The notes under the pieces are model-generated. The model worked only from the letters and a program-made list of their open reading frames with translations, did not search any database and was not told the origin of the DNA. Position numbers and translations under genes: made by a program. A DNA stretch of 56,737 nt, filler included, from Thelocarpon superellum (lineage: Eukaryota), in NCBI GenBank assembly GCA_026025795.1. It is 4 parts of 4 records of this genome, joined end to end, with 100 filler letters (N's around TTAATTAATTAA, not from the genome) between each part and the next. Parts side by side here need not be neighbours in the genome. Positions count along the whole stretch, not along the records: positions 28,524 to 42,587 come from JAPEUG010000440.1; 3 more parts are not named here. One strand, given 5' to 3'. How positions within the stretch are numbered: the stretch's first letter is position 1; the number at the start of each line of letters is the position of its first letter. This document shows positions 29,008-40,620 of the stretch, piece after piece.

Positions 29008-29279
29008 CGGAGCTGTATACGGTCGCGGGTCATGACAACGGCACTTGTGCGGGTGAGAGCTGCGCATTAGGCTTTTTAGATACAAACATTAAGGTCCAAG
29101 GATGTGAGAGAATTAGATCCCCCCAGTCTTCGTATACCGAAAGAAGGCCCCCTAGAGAATTGCGGATCAAGTTCCATCCAACCCAGTCGATGAGAAAACA
29201 AAGGGATATTCAAGGAGAGTCCGCCACATCCCGCAAAACACCGCGTCCCACCACTCCGTCTACCGCGCACTGCGACCGT

Positions 29280-32200
29280 CTAGACACCGGGGATGTTGAA
29301 GTCGGGGAACTGCGGCCAGTTGCCGAGGTCGCCCGGGTCACCGCCGATGCGGACCCACTGCGACACGGACGGCGTCGGTCCGTCGAGGACGAAGACTTGA
29401 TACCAGCTGGGCGGACAGACGTGTGCGTTCGGCGGGGTGGTGATCTCGCACGAGTTGCCGGTGCAGGTGACGGCCGGGAAGAGCGTGCGTTGGCCCATGC
29501 TGTTGCCGTGCGTGCTCGTGACCGCACCCAGGAGCGAGACCTTCAGGTTGGCCGTCGAGCCCGACTTGAGCGTGAAGGGAATCGTCTCACCGTACGTCCA
29601 GTCCTTGTTGGTCAGGGTGAACGTCGGTTGTGGCAAGCCCGACAGGAGGTAGGGCGGCGTGAAGACTTCCACCCGGTACTCCTCGGGGTCCACGCCATCT
29701 TGCGGGTCGGAGCCCGACACGAGCACGCGGCCGTCTTGGAGGAGCATAGCCTCGGAGTGGTAGAGCCGCGCCACCGTCGTGTTCTGCATCACGCTGAAGC
29801 GCTGGTTCAAGGTCAGGGTGGGGTTGTAGAGCACGGCATTCAGGTTGGGTCCCGTCGCCAGACCGAAGCCCGCCACGCCGTGGTAGGCGCCGTTCAGGAT
29901 CAGGTAGGTGCCATCCGGGAGCGCCGCCATGCACGGCATCACCCGTTGCGACGGCATCCGCTCGAGGGTCCATGTGGGATTGGTCGCCTCCGGCTCGATG
30001 GTGACGCAGTTGTCCAGCGCGAGTCCCGTCGTCGGCGTCGACCCACCACAGATGATCACGCCCAAGGGATCGGTGAAGGGCGCGTATTGTGGGAGCAGCA
30101 TCGCCGTGCCTTCTTGCGGATACGTGCGCCCGCTGAAGTTGCTATTGACGGCGCCGGGAATCTGCGGGAGCGTCTTGGTGGTGGCGAAGGTGACTTCATC
30201 CATGATCAGCGCCTGGTTGTAGAAGGCGATGAAGATGCCACCCGATGGCAGCACGCAGAGGAAGGGGTAGAGGTTGTTCGGGTCCGTCGCTTGCAGGAAG
30301 GGCAGGGTTATGACGGGCCCGCCACCGGGCAGCAGCTCCAGCGACGGTTGTGCCGGAGAGTTGGAGCCCACTTCACCACCGACGACAAGGATCGAGCCGT
30401 TCACCATGATCATGGCGCTGGGATACCACCGCCCCTTCTGGAGAGTCAGCTCGTTGACGTTTTCTTGCCAGTCGTTCGAGCCCAACACGCCCGGCGAGCC
30501 ATCGGGCCAGTACAGCCGCACGCCAAAGGTTGATTCCTCGGCCCAGCCACCGATGTTGATCTGTCGCCCCACCTTGTCCGGTAGCGTCAAGCCGGCCGAG
30601 CAGAAGACGTCGGTCTTAACGTGCATCGTGCGCCACGCGAGATTGAGGTTGTTGATCTCTGAGTAATCCAGCTCGTACGCGCCCGTCGAATTCGGCTCGC
30701 CTGTACCATACTTCTCAACGAAGGTCACCTTGCCGTTGACCCCCATCGTCGTCATGAGCGGCACGCACACGCCGCCGATCAGTTGGCTGTATTGGCCCGC
30801 GGCCGTCCCGGTGGGATAATGCCACACGTTCAGCGGTGTGCCCGTCCATTTGTAGTACGACAGACGACTCCCGCCACCGCAGAGGGTGGAGACATTGCCG
30901 GAACAAGGCACGCTGCAATCCGTCTCTGGTGCCTGGGTCGCGCCCACGTTCTCAATGTCGACGACATCGCCGCAGTAACACTCGTCACCGTACTCCATGC
31001 CCGCCGCCATGTATCCGTATTCGGAGCACTGGCTGAGACAGGTGTTGGCGTCATTCGTGTTGGTCAGGATCAACTGCCAAGGGAAGGTGCGCTGCTGGTT
31101 GACATTGTCCTCCACGCAGTACTGGTACTCCCACGAACCGGGCAAGTTCGTCGTCTGCGTCGTCGGCACGCCGTACACCTGGAGCGGCACGCGCGCGTAC
31201 ACACTTAACAGGCTCGGGCCACCGCACTCCTCGGTGCTGCTACCGCTGCAGCTCATGCTGCATTGCGAGTCCGGCTGCAACGAGCCGCCATTCGCAACGT
31301 AGTCGCCGCAGAAACATTGCGACGCGAATTCCATGCCCGCCACGGGGTAGTTCTGCCCCTCACACACAGCAATGCAGGACTCGATCGTCATGGCGGCGTT
31401 ATCGGGATCCTGGTAGCCGCCGATGGCGCGTCCGCCCTGGCCCTCGGAGTAGCAGCCGTCGTATTTCCAACCGGCCGGCAGGTTCGTGGCGCTGCCAGTG
31501 CCAACGGCCGTCGGGCTGGAGGAGGTGGTCGTGCTTGAGACCCCAGTGGTTGGGGAGGCAGCGCCGTTCAGCTGGTACATCTCCAGTCGGTTACCTGCGC
31601 CACAATACTCGCTAGGATTGCCGGGACAGGTGAAGCTGCAGTCGCCTTGATTTGCCGCGAGTACCGACCCGGCTGCGAGCGAGTTGCCGCAATAACACTG
31701 TCACGGGTGAGCATGCGCGACGACGATGCCGTGTCAAGGTCCAGACACATACCTCGGTGCCGTATTCGACGCCCCAATACGTGTAGGATGAACAGTTCCC
31801 CGCGCAGTAGTTCAAGTTCATGTCAGGGGTGTCAATGACTTTGGCAGAAATGGCGCGCCCGTTGGTGGCTTCGGTGTAGCACCCCAGGAACTTATATGCC
31901 CCGATCGTCGGCACTATGGCCGGCCCGCTCGGCGTGGTCGTCGGGCCCGTGCCGCTGCCCGTGGTGGTGGCGGCCCCGTTAAGGCTGTACGCATTCAAGC
32001 GGCTGGCTCCACCGCAGTACTCGGATGAGTTACCGTTACACAGCATATCGCAGCCAGACGTGGCGGGGGCAGCGCCGTTCTGAAACGAGTTGCCGCAGTC
32101 TATGACGCACGGCACGCACTATCAGTTGCTGTTCCCATGGGGACTAGGTCCAGATCGGCCGTGCAGACGTACAGCATTCTCCAGAGTACTCGACGCCAGC

Positions 32201-33066
32201 CAGGATGAATCCGGACGCCTTGCACGCTGAGGTACACAGCGCGACGGTCAACGCGCCGCTTCCGCCGGTCGTCGTCTCGCCCGTGGTCAGTGCACGACCA
32301 TTGGCTCCCTCCCTGCGAACACGTCAGAGGGGCCGGGCAGGTATTGAGATGGCCGACACTTACGCATAGCATCCGAGCGACGTCCAGCCCGCGGGCCCAG
32401 GATTCACCGTGGGGGCCGGCGGAGGAGTGGCACCACTCCAGAAGAGATTCAGACGATTCGGGCCACCGCATTGCTCCGTAGCAGCGCCCGCGCAGGCCAT
32501 GCTGCAGTCGCCGGCGGCCGCCGCACCTGATCCCGGCGTGAGGGTGTTGCCACAGTCTAGCACGCGCAGGAGCACGGTCAGTGGATGGAGCTGGCGATCG
32601 TCCCAGCAGGCATCACGTACAGCATTCGTCCCCGTATTCGGTGCCCGCATAGATGTAGCCCTCGCCAATGCAGTAGTTGATGCATGTCTCATCAGTCACC
32701 GTGGCCCCGGCCATGCTCGCGGAGGAGAGGGTCCGAAGGCCATTCACATTGTCACTGTGGGGCAGGACCAGCTCGGGTCAGCTGCGGTCGACTCTGTGCA
32801 TGGGCAGGGCTATTCATAGCAGATGGCACATACGTGTAGCAGCCTTCGGAGGTCCAGCCCGTAGGCAGATCCGTGGGAATGATCAGAGCCCGGGGCTGCA
32901 GGTCAGATTCGGCATGTGATAGAGGAATCTGCAGCATGAGACAGGCCCGGGTCAGTACGCTTGCTCACTTCCCTGGCGCGGAAAGGGCGGTGGCCATTGG
33001 TGCCGGACGTACAGAAGAGAGGACGAGCACCGAAGCCACGGCGGACCAAACGAATGAGGCCGCCAT
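29280..33066 (-). CDS. Secreted copper radical oxidase (AA5_1, glyoxal oxidase-like) with five N-terminal WSC domains, 7 exons
   Basis: Signal peptide MAASFVWSAVASVLVLSS|IPLSHA; WSC starts GWTSEGCY, GWTSLGCY, YKFLGCY, GWKYDGCY, SWEYQYCV; catalytic motifs DVFCS, RWYPS, RLYHS, THGNS; six GT-AG introns traced. Confidence 0.93.
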
Positions 33067-34430
33067 GCTTGGTGCTTGGTCGGAACGAGAGACGACAAGC
33101 AATTAGGAATTATGAAGATGCGTTACTCCGTACGAGTATGTGTGAGAAGAATGCCGTAGAGGCTGTGGGAGGGGAGGGGAACGAGAGAATGGGGGAGGAA
33201 ACAACGGTGGATGGAAAGAGGGTGGAGGAGGTACAAAAAGGATGCCGAGCAACCTCGCACAGGTCCCAAAGAAAGGAGCAGCCTGGCAGGCCTTCAGGGA
33301 CCAGGTCATAGCGCCGAAGTATGGGGTTGGTGGCGCGGTGGGGAGGGCGCTGACGCCCCAGCCCGGCCATCGCTATCAGGCCAGACGCTGCGCGCGGCGC
33401 TCCGCGGCGCTCTGCGGCGCTGCACGGTGCTCCCACACCATTCCTGTTTTCCTCCGCGCGTGGCCAACCGCGGACACCAGATTCGGCAGACGCCAAAGGC
33501 CCCCATGTCGATGATCTCGCTGGGAGTGGTAAGGTGACAGCTCGGGCAGGTCAAGCGCCGTCGGCCGGGCGCGGGAGCCTCAAGACCCCAGGCGGTTTGA
33601 AGATCAGGGGTTTGTCCGGCACAAACATCTTTTGCCCACAACGGGCTAGATGAGCCGTCCAGCATTGTTTAGATGAGCAGACGAGCGATTGACTTTGAAC
33701 GATGAGGGTGTCCGTTCGTCGGCGGCTACTAGCCAAGAAGGGTTCGGCATAGCGCCAGCGCAGGTTACTCGTATTTCCTATCCCGCGACGCCGGCTGGGC
33801 GGATGACTACGAGTACGAGTCACAGTCCCGTCGCCGTCGTCGTCGTCGTCCTGCCCGTCGGCACGGGTCCGAGAGGGAGCGAACCAGTAGGGTCGGGGAC
33901 AGGCGTTAGCCACGAACGGTCGTAGTCGGCTTTTCCTTGATCTGCTGTGCAATCGACGTGGTAGGTCGGTAAGCGACGTCCAGTCAGCCACGTCACGTCC
34001 GAGAGACACGAGCCGAAGAACGTGCCCCTGTCGGCCCTGCGGCCCTGCCGACCTGTTCGTCGGAGAGCGCCACGAGAGCATAGCCCCCCTCGGAACGCGA
34101 CCCAAATGTCGTAGTGGCGCCTCGATGCCGTCGCCTATCGTTGGCCGACCTTTCCCCGCCAAGAGGGCCCAGGAATAAGCACCTTCTGGCTTTCGGCTAA
34201 GGGCGTTCGAGGCCTCCCTCCTCGTCAGGAACAGGCCAAGCACGGCGCGGCAGTCGCGCGGTGGACTCCACGCCACGCCGTAGCGAGTCGCGGTAGTAAG
34301 TCGTCGGTCAGTCTATTGTTTTTTTCTCTTACTAATGGCCTCCATGCCTACTTGTAGATAGGGGCGACGGCCGCCAGGGGCGGGGCCACCAAAACGAAGA
34401 GATTAGGGATGGGGGTGCATGGTTCGCGGT

Positions 34431-34461
34431 CGGTGATCGGTGATCGGTGACCGGTGATCGG
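34431..34461. repeat. Heptamer tandem (CGGTGAT/C) x4
   Basis: CGGTGAT CGGTGAT CGGTGAC CGGTGAT CGG read directly. Confidence 0.85.
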
Positions 34462-34950
34462 TACATCCACGCCCAGCACTTGGCGGCTTCTGTTACGTCG
34501 CCCTTCCCGTCCGTTCGCTCCGCTTGATGCGCGTTTCCGTGTCACCGATCACTTTGACAGATGCGCCCCGAAGCGACACCGGGGGGTTGGCACGACTTGG
34601 CCCGCCCTCACACGGAGCAACGTCCCATCCCTAGGGCCGTCGGTCACCGCCGACAGTGCCGAGAGGCCGATGGAGGTGATGGTGGGAGGAGAGCGGGGGC
34701 CATTCTCACTCGCAGATCCCTCATGCAGTAATCTCCTGCGCAGCGTATGCGCCTCCGGTCAGGTGAGAGCGTCTGTGAGGCACATGCTGGTCGCTGGCAG
34801 CAGCGCGCGGTGAGTGGTGCGGTGTGGCCTCTTCCGCGACGACTCGCACGGGGTGCAGGGTCGCGCAGCGCGTCGCCGACCCAGGACCGCGACCCGAGAG
34901 GAGCGGACGGGGTCGGGACCAGCTTGCCGAGAGACCCTGCGAGACCATGT

Positions 34951-35006
34951 GCCCAGCGCCCAGCGCCCAGCGCCCAGCGCCCAGCGCCCAGCGCCCAGCG
35001 CCCAGC
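34951..35006. repeat. Perfect heptamer repeat (GCCCAGC) x8
   Basis: Eight exact copies counted. Confidence 0.95.
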
Positions 35007-35700
35007 GGGCCGCGTCGGCCCTCGCGTCTTTCCCAGGGGGCCGGCCCGGCGAGCAAATAACAGCAGAGGGTGGGCACGAGCCAATGTGCGAAGACCTCAC
35101 GTCGCGCCCGGCAGCTGCAGCATGCGTTTCTTCATCTCGGTAGTAGTGCACGACCGTGTTTTGCTCCTGCACCACGACACAATAACAGGCAGGCCCCTCG
35201 AAGGGACATGCGGATGTGCGGTGTGCGCAAGGCTGCACTTGGGCCTGGCTCCCTTGTTCGCTGCCCATGCCGACGATGAGTACCGGCGTAATGAAAGCCC
35301 CCGACGGCCCGACGGGGATCATGGGGGATGGAAGACAGGAATGGTGAAGGGGGGCGGCGCCCGTGCCAGTCGGATGCATGCAGGTCCCAGGGCTACGGGT
35401 TCCCAGGGCTATCCCTGTCCCCTTGGCGGCACTTGAGGCTCTCAGCTCAGCGACGTGCAGCCATCGGAAAGGCGATGACCACACCACCACCTCGGAGGTT
35501 ATTGTAGTGCACACCATCAGGGTGGTTTCTGATCAGGTGCTTGGCACTACTGTCCTGCGGTTACATCACTAAGGTCCGCGCTCCATCCTTACTATCGCGC
35601 CGACTATCGAATCTCGATGCCATAAACGTGATGGGCCGGCCCGGGTGACGACCAGACGCCCGCCGCCCGCCAATCGGCCCCATCCGCCCGCATCGTAAGC

Positions 35701-37896
35701 ATGTCGACCATGGGTCTGGATGCGGTCGACGCATCAGGTGCAGCTTCGTCTGGCATCAGCAACGTCAGCAGCAACCAGCTAGGGGTGCGCTCGACCGCGC
35801 TGTCCAATAAGCTGGTCAACGTCTTATCGGCGTCGTACGCCGATTTGGACATTCGCGATGCGCTGTCCACGCTCGACGAGCGACAGATTCAGAACACCCC
35901 ACAGACCCGGCGCCAGCTCCGCCTCGACGTGCAGCGCGACATCATCGAGTGCAACGGAGAGATCGTTCGGGACTTCGGTCAGGTGGCCCATGTACGTGCT
36001 TCCGGCGCATGCTGCTGCAGTGCCAACAAACCCCCCTCGATGCTCCCCATTCCTGTTCACATGCTTTGCAACCCTGCGACTCACCACCCCCATCTGCAGC
36101 AACTCCAACGCATCGGCGCCACCATTACGAGACTCAATCAATGTTGCGATGATCTCCGCCAGCATGTCGCGGCCGCGCAAAGCGAGACCGCTCCCATGCT
36201 CGCAGAGGCCGCGTCGTCCTTGTCTCAGCGCCACCAGACGCAGACCAAGCAGCTTATCCTGGACGCGGTTCATGCTCAATTCTCCCTTTCCGAGGACGAC
36301 CTCCGCACGCTGACGGCCGCGGCCGAGCCCGTGGATGACCACTTCTTTGTACTGCTCACGCGCCTGCAGCAGATGCATGATGACTGCCAAGTGCTCCTCG
36401 GCGCCGAGGATCAGACCTTGGGACTGGCCATCATGGATCAGCGGTCCCGCACGTTGAATGCCGCCTTTCAAAAACTCTTCCAGTGGATCCAGGGGGCCTT
36501 CCGTTCCCTGAACCTGGAGAACCCGCAGATTGGCTCCCCCATCCGCCGGGCCTTGCGCGTGCTGGCCGAGCGACCCAGTTTGTTCCAAAATTGCTTGGAC
36601 TTTTTCGCAGCCGCGCGAGAGCACATCCTGTCCGATGCCTTCTACGCGGCCCTCACGGGCGGAGTGGCGGAGGCCGATGAGCGCTCGTCCTCCAAGCCCA
36701 TCGAGCTTTTCGCCCACGACCCGCTGCGGTACGTGGGTGACATGCTTGCCTGGGTGCACTCGGCCACCGTCTCGGAGCGCGAGGCCTTGGAGGTTCTCTT
36801 CGTCTCCGAGGGGGACGAAATGGCCAAGACCATCCAGGCCGGTCTGGATCGTGATCCCTGGTCGCGCTCCGTGGCGACGGAGGGCAGCAGCTTTGACGGC
36901 CAGCAGGCGCTGCGGGACCTGGTCAACCGCGATCTGGACGGCGTCGGCCGTCTCCTCCGGCAGCGCGTCGAGCAGGTCGTCCAAAGCCATGATGAACCGA
37001 CAATGGCTTACCGCCTAGGCACGCTCGTGGATTTCTATCGGGTGACCTTTGTCAAGCTGCTCGGGGGTGGGTCGAGCCTCGTGGACACCCTCCGGGCGCT
37101 GCATGAGTCCGCCCAGCGACAGTTCCGGGCCACGATGAAAGACCAAACCGCGGCCTTGCAGGTTGATCTACCGCCCGCACCGGAGGACCTCAGCCCGCCA
37201 GCGTTCCTGGAGAGCGCTCTCAAGCAGCTGCACGTGTTGATGGTCAACTACGATTCCGCGCTCGTGCCCGAAGCCACGCGAACGTCCGACTTCCGTCAGA
37301 CGTTGAACGAAGCGCTGAGCCCCTTCTTACGCAGCTGTGAAGGCGTGGCTCAGGACCTGGACGAGCCGGCCCAGAGTATCTTTGTGCTGAACTGTCTCTT
37401 GGCGACCCGGAACACCGTGAAAGGCTTCGCTTTCACCGAAGCCCGGGTCGCCGAGCTTCATGAGACGATCGGGCAGCGCGCGGCGACGCTCGTTGAGCAC
37501 CAGCATGGCTTCTTCTTACACACGTCGGGTCTCTTCCCCATGGTCACCGCGCTCGGGTCCCTGCCCGACACCGACGAGGCGATCGAGAAGATCGCCTCCC
37601 TTCCGCCGTTCGAGCCAAGCACCCTCACGGAGACCAGCCAAACGCTCGATGACTTCCTTCCCTCGGCGGTCATGGACGCGACCGAGCAATTGAAGCGATT
37701 GCAGGACTCGGGCATGGTCCAAGACATCACGGAGGAAGCTGCAGGCAGATTTTGCGAGGACTTTGAAATGGTCGAAGCCAAGATCCTGGCGCTGGACCAG
37801 CTGCATGAAGACGAGCCCCACGCCGGCGTCGTATCGCCACCGCTGCGAGCGCATTTCCCACGCACGAGCGCTGACATCCGTGTCCTCTTGAGCTGA
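35701..37896 (+). CDS. COG6: Conserved oligomeric Golgi complex subunit 6
   Basis: VLSASYADLDIRDAL..NTPQTRRQLRLDVQ, LRVLAERPSLFQNCL, KPIELFAHDPLRYVGDMLAWVHSA..SERE, FPRTSADIRVLLS*; in-frame intron 35992-36099. Confidence 0.93.
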   Translation: MSTMGLDAVDASGAASSGISNVSSNQLGVRSTALSNKLVNVLSASYADLDIRDALSTLDERQIQNTPQTRRQLRLDVQRDIIECNGEIVRDFGQVAHVRASGACCCSANKPPSMLPIPVHMLCNPATHHPHLQQLQRIGATITRLNQCCDDLRQHVAAAQSETAPMLAEAASSLSQRHQTQTKQLILDAVHAQFSLSEDDLRTLTAAAEPVDDHFFVLLTRLQQMHDDCQVLLGAEDQTLGLAIMDQRSRTLNAAFQKLFQWIQGAFRSLNLENPQIGSPIRRALRVLAERPSLFQNCLDFFAAAREHILSDAFYAALTGGVAEADERSSSKPIELFAHDPLRYVGDMLAWVHSATVSEREALEVLFVSEGDEMAKTIQAGLDRDPWSRSVATEGSSFDGQQALRDLVNRDLDGVGRLLRQRVEQVVQSHDEPTMAYRLGTLVDFYRVTFVKLLGGGSSLVDTLRALHESAQRQFRATMKDQTAALQVDLPPAPEDLSPPAFLESALKQLHVLMVNYDSALVPEATRTSDFRQTLNEALSPFLRSCEGVAQDLDEPAQSIFVLNCLLATRNTVKGFAFTEARVAELHETIGQRAATLVEHQHGFFLHTSGLFPMVTALGSLPDTDEAIEKIASLPPFEPSTLTETSQTLDDFLPSAVMDATEQLKRLQDSGMVQDITEEAAGRFCEDFEMVEAKILALDQLHEDEPHAGVVSPPLRAHFPRTSADIRVLLS

Positions 37897-39473
37897 TCAT
37901 CAGCAGTCATACTGGCCATGTAGCCCCGTTCGCCTTTGTGATGGTCCAGTGCTGGAGCGCCCCAGCCCTACTGGCCTATTGCCCCCACGGATCCAGCTGT
38001 TGGGGGCTTGAATCCAGGCCGCAACAGCCGCTTGGCAAGATGCCTTTCATTCCACGTCGGATGCGCATGTCGGAATAGGCCCCCCTAGATATGTCCAATC
38101 CCATCCGGCGTGGTGCACGCCACGGTGGGATCGTCGGTGAGGCCAGTGCAACCCGTGGGTGCAACGATCGGATCAATGGATGTTGGCCGAATGAGCGTTG
38201 ATGAACGGGGCGGGCGCAGGAACGGCCAGCACAAGAATCGCGATCATCCCGCGGAATCCCGTGGGGGCGACGATCGTGGGCGCGTGGGGGTCCGTGGTCG
38301 CGGTCAAAGATCACCAAACAGGGCCGGAACGTGGCGCCTGCACCCGCGTCTTCATCCAGATCTCACCGGTGCCCCACGGCTCAGCTAATGTTAGTCTTTG
38401 CGGAGAAGAGCCTTGGGCGCAAAGGCCACCGGCGTCTGACGCACGCCTCATAGGCACCCAGTATTGCTACGCGTAGGCTCGCATGAGCAACCCACGCTCA
38501 TCCCACGCCGTCCGCCCGCGCCCGGACCTGAAGCCGTACGCCGCCCGTTGTGTGGTAAATGATTGGTCCACATTAGAGGGCATGGTCCACGATGCGGGGC
38601 GGAGCGAGCACCGCACAGAAGGCATTGATGCCGGACACGAGTCGCGTGGCGTCCAGTGGTCGCGGTCTTGCAACGCTCCGCCGTGGGGTCACTTGCGCGG
38701 CGGATGACCGCAGCCGACATCTTCTCTTCGGGTCGACTTGCGGGCGAAGTCTTTTCGCGTGGCTGACCACTCAGGGCTTGGAAGGACGCCACTTCGACTT
38801 TGGCGTGGCTTACGTGAACAGTTGATGCGAACGAGGTTCCGTGGGTCAGCCGCTGAACTGTACGGGCACACGCTTTAGGAGCCAGACACGGATCGACGCT
38901 CCAAACCCTGCGGAGGTCCGGAGGAGAGACCCATTCGTTGCCAGACTCGAGACCCGGTGAGGGGGGAAAGTTGGAGGCCCTGCCGTCGCGCAAAGTAGCT
39001 GCCAGGTGCTGTGACTGTTAATGCGAGGCCGTTAGTCCCAGCTGTCTCGCCTGCCATGAGGCTCGGACTTTAAGGTCAGATGTCCGAAAACAACGTGCGA
39101 GGCTGTCACTGGCGGTTCGAACAATGGCACGGGCAGGTTGCGTGGTGCACACGCATCCGACCGACTCCGAAGCTTGCTCATTCGGAATTGGAGGGTAACT
39201 TGACACGGGAAAGTTGCCACGGTGAAGCGCCACTGGGCTGCCCGCTCGCATGTCAAGCTGCAGCGGTAGCTCCTTGCCTGACTTCAGACCGTGGAACGTT
39301 CGCGACCGCATCTCTGCGACGCGTGGGGGTATGCTCATGAACGATGGCCGTCACGCCGTCGCCCACGTCTGGCAGGCGGCACTCTCATCAACGGGTGTAT
39401 TCGGAGGCTCGTCTTCGGAGGCTCGTCTCTATCCATTCGTCCCATCTATAAAATCTTCCTGTTTTCCCTCGCC

Positions 39474-39933
39474 ATGGAACAGTACCCCGCCGTATCATGC
39501 CGTGGTGCTTTCTCCAACTCTAGTTCGACTGGATGAAATCCTCGCTCACAATTCAACACCTCACTCTGGTCATCAAAAGGGTCACCCGTAGCATCATGCG
39601 GAGCCTAGACCCCCAGGTCCTTAACCTGTCGCCTCAGGGCCTCACTCCGATTGAGGCGAGCCAGGAGCTTCGCGGAATCGGAGCATGGACCCAGCCCCAG
39701 TCCGGCTCGGGCCATTACGAGTCCAGCGAGAGACAGGGTGAGTCGTGCATTGCATCAAATATCGGACGTTCGTCCGGCTCGTCATTTAACATCCAGGGCT
39801 AGGCAGCATGATGCCCGATCCCTCTCGATCCCTCTCCGCCGCGCTGGAGCGATACCTGGCCGAGGGGCAGCAGCAAGCGCCGTGGAATGCACGGCACGTC
39901 GAGGCCACGGGCGAATCTCAAAATACACCATGA
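39474..39933 (+). CDS. Candidate small spliced orphan protein (~95 aa)
   Basis: gccATGG at 39474; a clean intron 39738-39796 (GTGAGT...TTAAC..CCAG) joins two open frames in phase; TGA at 39931-39933. No homology recognised. Confidence 0.3.
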
Positions 39934-39938
39934 CCTGG

Positions 39939-40311
39939 TTAGACGCCAGCCGGGAGCGTCGTGGGCTGCTCGGCTTGTTTTCTTTCCCATTCCTCTGGGG
40001 TAAAACACTTGGGCGTCCAGGCGTGTATCTGCGCGATCTCCTGTTTCAAGGCAGCGTTGACGAGTCGATGACGGGCCAGTGTGGTTTTCTGCTTAAATCG
40101 AGGGGATACGATGGTGGCCTCGTAGGCTTGGCCACAGCCACCTGGAGGTGTGGGATGTATCAATAAAAGTTCTTGCGCAGGTGGGGGACGGCCGGGGTGT
40201 CAAGAGCTGTAGGGTACCTGAGATATCTTCAATCTCAACGCATGTCGCTTCCAATTTTTCCGACAGAGCCATTTTGATCTTTGATGGTTCCACGCTCGTC
40301 GACTCCGCCAT
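39939..40311 (-). CDS. BolA-family protein (Bol2/Fra2-like), 2 exons
   Basis: LEATCVEIEDIS|GGCGQAYEATIVSPRF..LARHRLVNAALKQEIAQIHAWTPKC. Confidence 0.92.
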
Positions 40312-40620
40312 AGTATGACTCACGCAGCAAGGCGGCGAGGTTTGGTCGGTCAAAAGAATATCTCAAGAATCCCGACACGAGGATTGGAAGTCGTGGAACG
40401 GCGGGCGGTTACCTCATCGACCCTGATCGCTACCACGGTGACTAACCGTGGGGCCCTCGGGCCCATGGGTCATTTCACGCTAATCTGATTTGGGCCTGCA
40501 TGGTTCCAACGCCTCTTGGACCACTGTGTTATTGTGATTGTACTCATCGTCGACAGCAATTATCCTGTTGTTCCAGCCTACAACGCGTTCGATCTACAGT
40601 GCGACAGTAGTAGGGCTCGC

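Noticed and set aside
28860..30533. 557-aa + strand ORF, and similar long antisense ORFs at 3253-4314, 35824-36990 and 54798-55913
   Set aside because: Antisense shadows of GC-rich genes with strong codon bias; no recognisable motifs.
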